A stretch of DNA of 64,000 bases from Octopus vulgaris (GCA_951406725.2 OX597819.1:5084001-5148000), one strand, 5' to 3'. Counted from the stretch's first letter, positions 50,212 to 62,819 are shown. Numbers and translations are program-made. The notes: generated by a model from the letters alone, not told the origin.

Positions 50212-51164
50212 ATATGCCTTTGTACCTGAAATATATAAATGTTACTAAACCTCTAGTTTTGGGGATTGTAAGAAAATCTGTCTTGACTATTTTGCAGCTT
50301 TACTTCTCTATCACAAGTTATAACACTTTTCTCTTAAAATTTCCATTTAAAATTTTAAAGATACCAAAGTAACTTTGGTTGTGACTAGAAATTGTCACCT
50401 AGGATCAAAGTCCTTTTTATTTTCTTTAGCAAATATATTTAAGTTCAGTATTTGGTGCACAAGTGTAAACATGTTTGTTTCTATTGCAAATGGCTGACTG
50501 CCAGCCTCCAACCAAACTATATCATAATGCACATTTTAGTAGCAATAAGGATTTCATAGCAATCATTTCATCATGTTTGTCAGTAAATAAATATTTCCCT
50601 CTCTATGCTATGGGATCATTGTAGTCTTCTTCACATTTATATAGCTTTCAATGTATTTTGAAAACAACAAATTTATTAACCCCTATTTTAATTAAAATAT
50701 TTCTTAACATGTTACAGCCAAGTTAGTCATTACTAACATACTATGAAATGTTTTGGGCAAACTTTTACAATATTTTCAACATTTATAGAGACAGTTTGGT
50801 TAGAATGTATTTAAAGAAATTTAAAAATCTATCAAAAGTAAGATTATGTAAATTTATGTCAGCTTATGTCAGAAAAGGGTTTAAATCTAGTGCATATTAA
50901 TCAGCTTAAGTTAGAAGATGATTAATTCTGGTGGGGTAGGGTAGGGGATTGAAAGAATGCATGTCTGTGTTTCAAAGATTAGTTTTGTAATTTTGCTATA
51001 TTGATTTTCTTATATTTTCTTCAGCAGCTTTTTAATAGTATCGGGAATAGGTGAGCATGTGGTTTGCAATTTAGTATATCTTAAGTAAATGTGCTTTTAT
51101 ATTCTTTGAGGTTATTTCGAGCTTAGCTAATAACGTACTTTGCCAAGGAAAGATTTGAACATAA

Positions 51165-51396
51165 GGTGGCGAGCTGGCAGAAACGCAAGCATGCCGGGCG
51201 AAATGCGTAGCCGTATTTCGTCTGCCGTTACGTTCTGAGTTCAAATTCCACCGAGGTCGACTTAACCTTTCATCCTTTCGGGGTCGATTAAATAAGTACC
51301 AGTTATGCACTGGGGTCGATATAATCGACTTAATCCGTTTGTCTGTCCCTGTTTGTCCCCTCTGTGTTTAGCCCCTTGTGGGTAGTAAAGAAATAG
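51165..51396 (+). mobile_element. SINE family B, young monomer with about 19-bp TSD
   Basis: aggaaagatttgaac(a/c)taa at 51146-51164 and 51397-51415. Confidence 0.9.
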
Positions 51397-51504
51397 AGGA
51401 AAGATTTGAACCTAAAATCAGTAGGTCTGCTGTTACGTCATCTTAATCACTCAGCTGCCTCATAGGATAGCAAACATAGAATTGTCTATTAAGTATTTGA
51501 TACA

Positions 51505-51708
51505 GTTCTGTATTTAAGAGATGAGGAATTATGTACATTATTTACATTATTTACATTATTTACATTCGACGGATATTTGTCCTCATCTTGTTTATTGTTA
51601 ACACAATGTTTCGGTTGATATACCCTCCAACCTTCATCAGGTGTCTTTGGGAAATTTCAAACCTGGGTTCTCATTCCTAAGGTATTCTTTGATAGCAGTG
51701 ACCTGAAC

Positions 51709-51772
<64 letters not shown>

Positions 51773-51831
51773 TCGAAGAATACCTTAGGAATGAGAACCC
51801 AGGTTTAAAATTTCTCCAATATATACTGATG
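51505..51831 (-). mobile_element. Penelope-like pseudo-LTR fragment with inverted partial copy around (AAT)n
   Basis: Hammerhead motif at 51600-51645; inverted arms at 51647-51693 and 51772-51819. Confidence 0.65.
51600..51645 (-). ncRNA. Minimal type I hammerhead ribozyme motif (Penelope-type)
   Basis: Minus strand reads GACAC-CTGATGA-A-GGTTG(gagggtatat)CAACC-GAAA-CATT-GTGTT; stems I and II pair. Confidence 0.65.
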
Positions 51832-52078
51832 TTTAGGTTCAGAGAGAAAGGCACAAAAAGATGAGATTGTTGCTGGAGTTAGTTCTTAGCAAAGTCTTGA
51901 TTGGTCAGTTTTTGTTGGTCATGTGGGTAATATTATAGTGAATTGTGACATCATTTTAAAAGACGACTTTAGTAATAACAAGAAGTCATATTTCTAATTT
52001 CAATAATATAAGTGATTCAAATACTACCAATATGTTAATTTTGTTCAACTTCCCAGTGACATCTGTCACCTGGACACA

Positions 52079-52500
52079 TAGGTGCAGGAGTGGCTGTGTG
52101 GTAAGTAGCTTGCTTACCAACCACATGGTTCCGGGTTCAGTCCCACTGTGTGGCATCTTGGGCAAGTGTCTTCTACTATAGCCTCGGGCCAACCAAAGCC
52201 TTGTGAGTGGATTTGGTAGACGGAAACTGAAAGAAGCTCGTTGTATATATGTATGTATATATATATATATGTGTGTGTGTGTATGTTTGTGTGTCTGTGT
52301 TTGTCCCCCTAGTATTGCTTGACAACCAATGCTGGTGTGTTTACGTCCCCGTTACTTAGCGGTTCGGCAAAAGAGACCGATAGAATAAGTACTGGGCTTA
52401 CAAAGAATAAGTCCCGGGGTCGATTTGCTCGACTAAAGGCGGTGCTCCAGCATGGCCGCAGTCAAATGACTGAAACAAGTAAAAGAGAGAGAGAGAGAGT
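52079..52500 (+). mobile_element. SINE family A, young full-length copy
   Basis: Full match to the A consensus. Confidence 0.92.
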
Positions 52501-52816
52501 AGTAGTATAAAATATACTACTGCTACAAGGGCAGTTTCTTTTCAGTCATATATTGATGTGAACCTTTGTTGTTGTTTAACCTCTGATCATGCAGATAAAT
52601 GATTAAAGGTGTACCAGTTGTGACCAGCTAATCTTTTTTTAGATATTTAGGACCACATTTTTCAGTGTAATTTTTTGATATGGTTTCACGTCATTTATTG
52701 GAGATTTGGCTGCATTTTCTTTCAGGATGAGCAACCACTAAAAAGTTTATTCTTTTAATGTAATTTTTTTCTCTTTCTTATGACATATTTCCATTATTTA
52801 TTAATTTATCCTTTAA

Positions 52817-53037
52817 CCCTTTCGTTACCAACCCGGCTGAAACCGGCTCTGGCTCTTTAGTACAAATGTCTTGTTTTCATAAGCTTTGAATTCAAATCTT
52901 CCACCAAATCTTTGTCACAATTTATGTTCTTAACACTAGCTCAATGATAACGATATTATTTTACTAAATTCTTTGTTATATTTAAAATAATTGGAAGAAA
53001 CACAGAGCATCTCAAAATAAATACAGTAACGAAAGGG
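52817..53037. mobile_element. piggyBac-type MITE, family E
   Basis: TTAA on the left, TTAC on the right; perfect TIRs. Confidence 0.9.
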
Positions 53038-53713
53038 TTACAATGATGATTCAGGACTGGTTTTCTAAATACTGATCTCATAGAATTGATAATGATGCTC
53101 TGTTGACCATTTTACATATATTTTGTGGTATATACAACCATTAACATGTAAATCACTCTCCATTAGCTCAAAACTGTCTTAAGAAGAGTTACTAACTTTC
53201 AAGCTAGATCATGTAATGTGTTATTGATTGACTTCTGTATAATTCCTACAAGATTACAATATCGATAGCATGAGCAGCTTTTAAGTTTGTCACTGTTAAA
53301 AAAAATGGATTCTTTTAAAAAAATCTATTTTATAAACACACGTGTACACATACACACACACCTAACATTTGTTTTGTGGTACAAAAACATAAAAAGTACT
53401 CAATATACCCTTGTGGTTATAGATGACAAGCATGATAAATACATGTGTATGTATAAACAGAGACACAATCACAAATATTTGTTGTATATTTGACCACAAT
53501 TTGACTGTATGTGTGTGTGTGTGTGTGTAACCTAGAAGATGGTTTCCTGTATAAATTGTTTCTGTTAAAATTATGGTACCTATAGTGGTGAAAGCTACAT
53601 CCCTAATTCTTGAGAAAGCCTGGATTGGGGACATGTTAAGTTATCGCTTTCATTGCTACCATCTATATATCATCCATAGGGAAGAAGTGATGCAAAATTA
53701 CTGCTATTCTCTC

Positions 53714-53727
53714 TGCTGCTGCTGTTG

Positions 53728-53792
<65 letters not shown>

Positions 53793-53815
53793 GCTGCTGC
53801 TGCTACTGCTGCTAC
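53714..53815. repeat. Compound (CTG)/(CTA)n triplet microsatellite
   Basis: Long ctactacta run flanked by ctgctg runs. Confidence 0.95.
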
Positions 53816-55176
53816 AAATCTCTGAATATATTAATCTTGTGGCAGTGGTTTATCTTTCTTTGTTGTTATTAACACATCAAAGTGAATCAATTAATTGGGT
53901 TTAATATTTTATGTTCTCGCTATTTCGCTTCTCTTATATCATCACTTTCACATTTTAAACAGAATCGAAATATCATAAGTTTCCAGATCCTTTCCCTTAA
54001 ATATTTGAAGCTTTGGTGGTGTTGGTCGTGGTGGGGGTCTTCTTTAATTACTGTCTGTTTCTCTTATAAATGATTTGATAAAGTGTGCCCCTTCCTTCCT
54101 CTAAGTGGTTGATAATATAATTGATATTTGTCATTAGAGTCCATGCCAAGAAAATGGAACATCTGAAAGGTTCTGCTAGCTGTATTGCAGACTATTTATT
54201 TAGGAAAATAGTAACTCAAAATAAGAATTAATATAGGGTAGAAGGGACAATTTAGTCTTACCACAGATAACTTTGCTAATGTTGGGGTCATGGTAACCCA
54301 CCCAAGCCTTGCTGTAAAATGGCTGGGGATCTTTTCTAAAAGATGGACAGAATTTCCTACTTAACTAAATAATTTGAAACTTCGTATACTGGTAGAATGT
54401 GTCAAAAGAAAACATTAACTTCAATTAGTTTTTTTGAGAAAAATGTATTTTGTAACTTTTACGTAGTTTAATTCTTCGAATTTTAACCAATCGTATTCTC
54501 TGTTTTGAGCTCAATTCATTTTCTGCCGTGTTATTCATCCTTATCAGTCTTCTGTTTTCTGTCTTCAAAGGCTTCTCTCATGTTTATTTTGTCCATCTTT
54601 TAGAAAAGATCCAATGGCTGGTTATAGGAAAGGTATCCAGCTGGAGAAACCATGCCAAAAAACTGGAATGAACAAAAGAAATACGGGTTCTTGAAGCTAC
54701 ATTGCAGGCTACTCATTTTTTGCAAGCACTAATTCTGAATAAGAACCGATAAATGATAAGGGATCGAGAGAATTCTTTGGTCTACCCACAATCAACTAAT
54801 GTGGCATGTTAAAATGCATCCACTGTAAGACCTACAAAATTGTCTGGTTTGCTCTGTTGCTGATACTCACAAGATGCTGTAAGACCTATCTCCCACCAGC
54901 ATGGAAAAGTGGATATAACCCACTATCCAATCCAGCTGATACTCTTACCTGTTAGAAGAAGTAAATATTGTGTGTTAATTTCAAGACCCTGCCTAGATCA
55001 ATTATTCATATGCTGTCCTATTTGCATTATTAGATGGTTCATTTCATTTTGTTTATGAAGCAACTACATAGAAGTCTCTGTCATTGACTTGACTTTATAT
55101 TTCAAAAGGTTGAAAATGTAAATTTTGTTGTTTCTGTCTGTCTCAAGAGTATTAGCAACATATTTGTGTGTGTGTG

Positions 55177-55210
<34 letters not shown>

Positions 55211-55714
55211 TTTGCCTTTCTGAAAACTTACTTTGTTTAATTGTACTCAATTTCAATACTGTATAATAAATCTATATTAGTTGATAAAACACTGCAGCAA
55301 TTTGCTGAATAAAGTATGAAAGTGTTGTTTCTATGCACAAGATTTAATCTTCAGGGAAATATTTTCTATAAATATTTTTCTCTTTCTTTTCTTTCACAGT
55401 TAAAGTTTCTCCATAGACATATTGCATGACTAACTTCTTACCAAATTTCATCTAATTTATAGCATAGTCTAGAAATTGCCTCTTTATCAACCATTTACTT
55501 ACTGATAGAACTTGTATATGTCCATTGCTGTAGATTCCTATCATTTCAGTTTCCGATTTAAGCATTTTGTAATTTTATGACACCTTAATTCTCCATCTTT
55601 GCTTTTATTTCCCATATCCCATATCCCTTTTTTTGCTAGTCATTTCCTCTTCTGCTCTATACCTAGTTTTCTTTTAATCCTCCTCCCACTATCTTCTTTA
55701 TGCTCTTATTTTCA

Positions 55715-55856
55715 TTCCGAGGTCGACTTTGCCTTTCATCCTTTCGGGGTTGATAAATTAAGTACCAGTTACGCACTGGAGTCGATGTAATCGACTTAAT
55801 CTGTTTGTCTGTCCTTGTTTGTCCCCTCTATGTTCAGCCCCTTGTGGACAATAACA
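55715..55856 (+). mobile_element. SINE family B, 5'-truncated
   Basis: Meta-like body and tail only. Confidence 0.85.
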
Positions 55857-56263
55857 AAAAAAAAAAAAAAATTATTTTCCTTCTTTTATTCTTTACACCA
55901 TTTCTCTCCTTCTTTTCCCAACTTATTCTTCAGTTTTTCTCTTACTCTCCTGCTTCTTGTATACATTGTTCATTATTTTCTTCATCCCTACACCTACCCC
56001 TTAATCTCTTACCCTCTCTTCTTTCATACCTCCTCTATGCACCCCTAGCCACCTCACCATAAAACATCACTCTCACAACCCTACTATGGAGACTACCTAT
56101 TAAAATTAGCAGTTAAATTCTCTCAAATCATATCCTGTTGTTCTGGTTAGGTGGGATGGTCATGGCTGAAACCTTTTGCTTATACAGTTTTGTGATCAGA
56201 GCTGGCCTGGGGCTAAGTAACATCACTTCTCTACCTTTAACTTACTCTACCATTTTTTTTTTT

Positions 56264-56380
56264 TTACTACCCACAAGGGGCTAAACATAGAGGGGACAAA
56301 CACGGACAGACAAAGGGATTAAGTCGTTTACATCGACCCCAGTGTGTAACTGGTACTTAATTTATCGACCCCGAAAGGAT
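56264..56380 (-). mobile_element. SINE family B, 5'-truncated
   Basis: Reverse complement of the B tail and part of the body. Confidence 0.85.
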
Positions 56381-57440
56381 CTTCTCTACCTTCATTATCA
56401 AAGTGTTTTGTCTGTATTTCTGTTATTGTTGCTTTCTCATACCAATGTCTTCTGTCCTCTCTGCCCTTCCCCTGAAAACTCTCCAAAGCCAAGCCACATT
56501 AACCCTCCTTCTACAAATCAATACCTTTTACCCTGATTGGTGTTAAACTATTATTTCTTATTAGAAATATTAAATTTCTAAATATCTCAGAGAGATATGA
56601 GCGGTGGTGGAACGATAAAGCGGTTGTATACTGTCAACTTAACGTGACAGTCCCATAAAGGGAATTACACCACCGCTGTTTAGCCCTAGGAAGCATCGAC
56701 GCTTCCTGTCGGCTTTGATACATTTCCTATGTCCTTATGTTTATGAAGGGGAGACAAGCATCCCCAACAGCTAGGCCTGCATCCAGAGACATTATAATTA
56801 TTTCTTAGAAAATATGAAAGTGTTTTAAGAATCAGACAAGTGTAATATATAATTATTAGCAGTTTCATATCTAAATTCCCTTTTGTATTCCCAGTATCAC
56901 TACACAAGTTTGCAAATAAGAAAGAAGTTGTTAAAAACATTTCACAAACTTTTTTATTTTATCCTATAACCGGAGCACATGGCTCTTCATTTTATTGATC
57001 CTGCAAGGTTGAAAATCAATGTTGACCTCAACAGAATTTGAACTCACTATCTAAAGGGCTGTAACTATATACTGCCAGCATTTTGTTCAATACTGTAAAG
57101 ATTCTGCCTTATTCAACTCAGCTAATATCAGTATAATGTTGGTCATTTATTTTGTGATGCTGGAAGAATAGAAAGTAAAGTCTGCTCTAGTAGAATTTTA
57201 ATCTAGAACATTGACATAGAAAAATGAAACTAGACATGGTAAGGCATTTAGTTGGTTGTGCTTCTACTGTCAGTTTTCTGCCATTGGTAAACTATTTCAT
57301 TTAAATGGTAAAATAAAAACTAGCTGAGTTAATGAGTTCTAATCTCCATTGGTAAAAGTCATTTAGTAAGCTTTCAAAAGTTTCTATGTTGTGGGGAGAC
57401 AAAAATTCTGCAGTTTGGAACTAAAATAACTTCATCATAC

Positions 57441-57825
57441 CGCAGGAGTGGCTGTGTGGTAAGTAGCTTGCTTACCAACCACATGGTTCTGGGTTCAGTC
57501 CCACTGCGTGGCATCTTGGGCAAGTGTCTTCTGCTATAGCCCCGGGCCGACCAATGCCTTGTGAGTGGATTTGGTAGACGGAAACTGAAAGAAGCCTGTT
57601 GTATATATGTATATGTGTGTGTTTGTGTGTCTGTGTTTGTTCCCCTAGCATTGCTTGACAACCGATGCTGGTGTGTTTACGTCCCCGTTACTTAGCAGTT
57701 CGGCAAAAGAGACCGATAGAATAAGTACTGGGCTTACAAAGAATAAGTCCTGGGGTCGATTTGCTCGACTAAAGGCGGTGCTCCAGCATGGCCGCAGTCA
57801 AATGACTGAAACAAGTAAAAGAGTA
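57441..57825 (+). mobile_element. SINE family A, young copy
   Basis: Full match to the A consensus. Confidence 0.92.
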
Positions 57826-58158
57826 TACCCATAAGTTTCCTAAAACTTTTAAAATACTTCTTTGCTAGTTCCTCCACCTCTGACACTTAGCCTTGGCATA
57901 AAGCCACCTCTTCCCCATTGAATAGTCCCTGTTTCCTAGTAGTGGGAGCTTTTTCTTTTTACCCTGTTCTTGTCTTCTGTATTGCAAGCTACTTGATAGC
58001 CTCACTATACATTGTAAAGTGTCGGGTGTTATGAAGGCAGCCAGCCATGGAAACCATGCCAAAGCTGTCATTGGAGCTGAACATAGCCCTGCAGCTTTCC
58101 ATATTCTGTCAAGCCATCCAATCCATACCAGCATGGAAAATGGACGTTAAATGATGAT

Positions 58159-58364
58159 CTTTACTCTTTTACTCTTTTACTTGTTTCAGTCATTTGACTG
58201 CGGCCATGCTGCAGCACCGCCTTTAGTTGAGCAAATCGACCCTGGGACTTATTCTTTGTAAGCCCAGTACTTATTCTATCGGTCTCTTTTGCAGAACCGC
58301 TAAGTGACGGGGACGTAAACACACCAGCATCGGCTGTCAAGCAATGCTAGGGGGACAAACACAG

Positions 58365-58397
<33 letters not shown>

Positions 58398-58570
58398 CAT
58401 ATATACGACGGGCTTCTTTCAGTTTCCGTCTACCAAATCCACTCACAAGGCATTGGTCGGCCCGGGGCTATAGCAGAAGACACTTGCCCAAGATGCCACA
58501 CAGTGGGACTGAACCTGGAACCATGTGGTTGGTTAGCAAGCTACTTACCACACAGCCACTCCTGCGCCTA
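58159..58570 (-). mobile_element. SINE family A, young copy inserted in a (GAT)n tail
   Basis: Reverse match; flanked by atgatgat on both sides. Confidence 0.92.
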
Positions 58571-59124
58571 TGATGATGAATTTCTTGAAAATTTCTTTGT
58601 TGTCATTAGTAAATTTCAAGCTGTTAATTGTACTGTGCAAACGATCTCATCAATTTAGAAATTGTGATAGTTTAAACTGTTGTGAGGTAACTGCTCCAAG
58701 TTGTTTTTCCTGAAAATGTCAGTTTACTACTGAATCTGAACAATAGGTATTTGTACCATCACTTCACCATATTTGAGTGAGTTTCAATGGGTTTTTTCAT
58801 TTCAAACTATGATTACTTCAGTTTAAATATTTCAAAGATAAATTACGCAGATGCATAATCTAAATATATGCCATTCAGATGTATCCATTAAAATGCCAAA
58901 CTGTGTGTGTGTGTTTATAACTGAAGTTTATTTGTTCCTCAAATAGATACAGAATGAGTTAGCCAGTTATATAAATTACTCTTTACCGATGCCAACTTGT
59001 TTATCCTATGCTAGTGTTGCTAGTATATTCAACTCAGATTTTATTAGTCATTATCAATGTCTGAAGTTACCTGTAGATTATCATTAGGATGAATTGCAAT
59101 GATTATGAGGCTAAGGGGTTGGAA

Positions 59125-59452
59125 GCATTTCTCTCCTGTGACATCACAATTTTCTCTCACACACTGTCTTGCAATCCAAAATACCTCAATTCATTGGTCC
59201 TCACGTCGCTGGACATTGGCAAACTTCTTCTTTTCTGCTTCATGTACACCTGCCGCCCAGCCTCCCTTTTGGCTACCTGGTATGGTTCCCTGCTACCCCC
59301 ATCCCTCCAGGCTTTCCAGGCCTGTTTCTTTGCTCTAATGGCTTTATCTACTGTACTATTCCACCACCAGGTAACTCTAGGTCTGGAAGGGAGTTTGCAC
59401 CATCCACAGACTTGGTCTGTGGCACTCAGCAAGCTGTCCTGTAGGAATTGCC
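59125..59452 (-). mobile_element. RTE-clade LINE internal fragment (between APE and RT)
   Basis: ORF 59157-59432 contains VCGW...RVTWWWNSTVDKAIRAKKQAWKAW, the typical RTE WWW linker. Confidence 0.8.
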
Positions 59453-59454
59453 AG

Positions 59455-59679
59455 TATATATATATATGTATGTGTGTGTATAAGTTTGTGTGTCTGTGTT
59501 TTTCCCCCTCAACATCGCTTGTTTACGTCCCCATAACTTAGCAGTTCGGCAAAAGAGACCGATAGAATAAGTAGTAGGCTTACAAAGAATAAGTCCTGGG
59601 GTCGATTTGCTCGACTAAAGGTGGTACTCCAGCATGGCTGCAGTCAAATGACTGAAACAAATAAAAGAATAAAAGAATA
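59455..59679 (+). mobile_element. SINE family A, 3' half
   Basis: Matches the A tail region. Confidence 0.85.
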
Positions 59680-59858
59680 TCTGATAGTTTTGAGATTTCA
59701 GTGAATTGACTGTTTATTTTTAGAATGACATTGTAGGGTAAGTGTGTGAAGCTGGATCTGGTTGGTTCAAACATAAACCAAGTAGAATATTTGGGCCAGA
59801 TATGGCTGATTTTAGATGCTAAAAGGCTAATGGGTTACTACCTAATTTTGGTTATTAA

Positions 59859-60833
59859 GCCTTAAATGGAGAACATCATCAGTTGATGTTTCATTAGAGA
59901 ACAGCAGACATCAATTGATGTTTCAAAAATTCTGCATGGATAAGGCTATCATCAATTGATGCCTGAACATCTACTGTATCAAATGCACCTCAGCATATGT
60001 GATCCTTATCAATCAAGTCGCAAATGGAAGGTTTGTAACAGGATGAGAGATCCCCACACTGGAGGGGTGCTGCTCGCATTCTTTACATTAAATATTAATT
60101 GAAGAAAGAGTCAAGATTTTCCGTTAACTTCAACAGTATAAATATTTATTCTTTGATTTGCAAATATAAACATTTCCTTCCTCTGGACAAATCGGCATCC
60201 TAGGAGCTTATCGGCAGTAGTCAAGTGGAGTGAGTCAATCCTGCCCGTTCAAGCATAGCAGAGATGCGCCACGAAGTAGCAGCTCGAGAGAGCTGCTGGA
60301 GGCACGTCTGTATTGTTCAGCTGCTCGCATTCAAAGAGAGAAAGATACAAGAAGCCTTCCAGAAGATTCCGACCCTGCGCATGCGTGCTTGAGATTTCCA
60401 AGATGGCGTCACTACAGGTGATAATGAAGAAGTTTCTTTTTCTGATTTCCTTTCATTATTAGATGAGGCAGATGATGATGATGATGATTTTGATTATGAT
60501 CCAGTTAGCATAGAACAACACGATGCTTTAACTGGCACTAGATGGAAAAAGGGCACTGATTTTTCATCATTTATACATGTCTGACAACAACAACGCAGGA
60601 ATTTCAAATGAATTTATGCTCACACTTGTTGCAAAAGGAAGCAAATATTTTACTGTACTTTGCAATAAAGAGATTGTAAATTTTATTGGGCAAGAAATCA
60701 ACAATTGTTATTGTCTTTCTACTTATTTAAACTGATAATAAGTATAAAAATTACCCTTGAGAAAAGAGTTGCCCCCCCCCCCCCTCTCGCCATTTGGTAC
60801 ACATTCATGCAACCCTTTCCTGCCATCCAAGGG
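59859..60833 (+). mobile_element. Internally deleted piggyBac-like transposon
   Basis: Degenerate ends ttaa-GCCTTAAATGG and CCATCCAAGGG-taaa; acidic N-terminus (DEADDDDDDFDYDP) and YFTVLCNKEIVNFIGQEINNCY, resembling the piggyBac F.LF..EI...IV.ETN.Y motif. Confidence 0.6.
60034..60416 (-). mobile_element. Solo LTR (Gypsy-like, 383 bp)
   Basis: TGTA...TACA termini, imperfect 4-bp TSD GGTT/GGTG, AATAAA on the minus strand (60145-60150); removing it restores the transposase start. Confidence 0.65.
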
Positions 60834-60937
60834 TAAAAGATTAAACAAACAAGAAACAAACTATTTCTCAGGTTAGGACAGTAACTCGTGTTTCTGCAGA
60901 AACAACTGAAGTGCTATAATAAGCCTTACAAGTTAAT

Positions 60938-61663
60938 CTGGCAGAGTCGTTAGCACGCCGGGCGAAATGCTTAGCGGTATTTCGCCCGAGTTCAACTTCG
61001 CCTTTCATCCTTTTGGGGCTGATTAAATAATAAGTACCAGTTTCACACTGGGGTCGATGTAATTGACTTAATCCGTTTGTCTGTCCTTATTTGTCCCCTC
61101 TCTGTTTAGCCCCTTGTGGGTAGTAAAGAAGTAGGTATTTCATCTGCTGCTATGTTCTGAGTTCAAATTCCGCCAAGGTCAACTTTGCCTTTCATCCTTT
61201 CGGGGTCAATAAATTAAGTACCAGTTATGCACTGGCTCGATGTAATTGACTTAATCCGCTTGTCTGTCCTTATTTGTCCCCTCTCTGTTTAGCCCCTTGT
61301 GGGTAGTAAAGAAGTAGGTATTTCGTCTGCTGCTATGTTCTGAGTTCAAATTCCGCCAAGGTCAACTTTGCCTTTCATCCTTTCGGGGTCGATAACTTAA
61401 GTACCAGTTACGCGCTGGGGTCGATGTAATTGACTTAATCCGTTTGTCCTTATTTGTCCCCTCTGTGATTAGCCCCTTGTGGGTAGTAAAGAAGTAGGTA
61501 TTTCGTCTGCTGCTATGTTCTGAGTTCAAATTCCGCCATGGTCAACTTTGCCTTTCATCCTTTCGGGGTCGATAAATTAAGTACCAGTTACGCACTGGGG
61601 TCGATATAATTGACTATCCCCCTCACCCAAATTTCAGGCCTTGTGCCTATAGTAGAAAGGATT
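60938..61663 (+). mobile_element. Family B SINE tetramer (one head, four tandem bodies)
   Basis: Bodies restart at ggtatttc at 61134, 61317 and 61497; the last unit has a different tail. Confidence 0.9.
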
Positions 61664-62323
61664 TTACTAAGCCACTACTGCTTACAGGGGCTGACTTCCT
61701 TCATTCTATTGTACTTATCTACAGCTGGATAAACTGAGAATAAAGACACTTGGCTCTGATATGAATTGTCAACCTCTCAGCTAGTTATCTCCTACCCTAC
61801 TGACTTGTACTTACATAATCTCTATTCTAAATGTGCTTGCATATACATGTGTATGTGTGTCCCTGTCCAGCATGTGTCATGTAATTTCACTTGGTAATCT
61901 TGTGACCTTAGTATAGTGTGTTTGACTAACAACAGGCTCCACTCTTATCTTACTTCACACTTGAAAGGTTAGTACTAATCAGGGTGTCCGTTAAAACAAT
62001 AATTGCCTCATCAGTAGGCTGATGTTGAAATTTGTAAAAAACATCAAATTATAAAATTATAAAGTGGTACCCCACTAATATATATAGCAAGCTTGGTATC
62101 AATTAGGTATGTGAATAGGTTTATTGTTTGATGCTTTAAAATTTTGCAATCTGCCACTCTTGCCAAGGACCTCAATAATAACGATAATTACTAGTAGTAG
62201 TAGTAGTAATGTAGTTGGGTGTTAAGTATCATGGAAAGAGACCCTGTAAGTCTTTTCTCAACAGGTTGCTCTCCACGCTCTCACAGAATTAATTGGAGCA
62301 ATTAAAATCAAGAGCTATGTGAA

Positions 62324-62370
<47 letters not shown>

Positions 62371-62819
62371 CCTTTCTATTAAAGGCACAAGGCCTGAAAT
62401 TTTGGAGGCGGGGTAGTTGATTACATCGACCCCAGTGCTCAACTGGTACTTATTTCATCACCCCTGAAAGGATGAAAGACAAAGTCAACCTCGGCAGAAT
62501 TTGAACTCAGATTGTAGTGACTGGCAAAACACCACTAAGCATTTCATCCAGCGTGCTAACGATTCTGCCAGCCTGCTGCCTTAATAATAATAATCATAAT
62601 AATAATAATTTCAAATTTTGCCACAAGGGCAGCAATTTTGGTGGGAGGGGATGAGCTGATTACATCAATCCCAGTGCTTAACTGGTACTTATTATGTTGA
62701 CTCCAAAAGGATGAAAGGCAAAGTTGACCTCAACAGAATTTGAACTCAGAACAGTGATGGGCGAAATACCACTTAGCATTTTATCCAACATGCTAACAAT
62801 TCTGTCAGCTTTCTGCTTT
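62371..62819 (-). mobile_element. Two family B SINEs separated by (TAA)n
   Basis: Reverse B copies at 62371-62581 and 62608-62819, with different tails. Confidence 0.85.
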
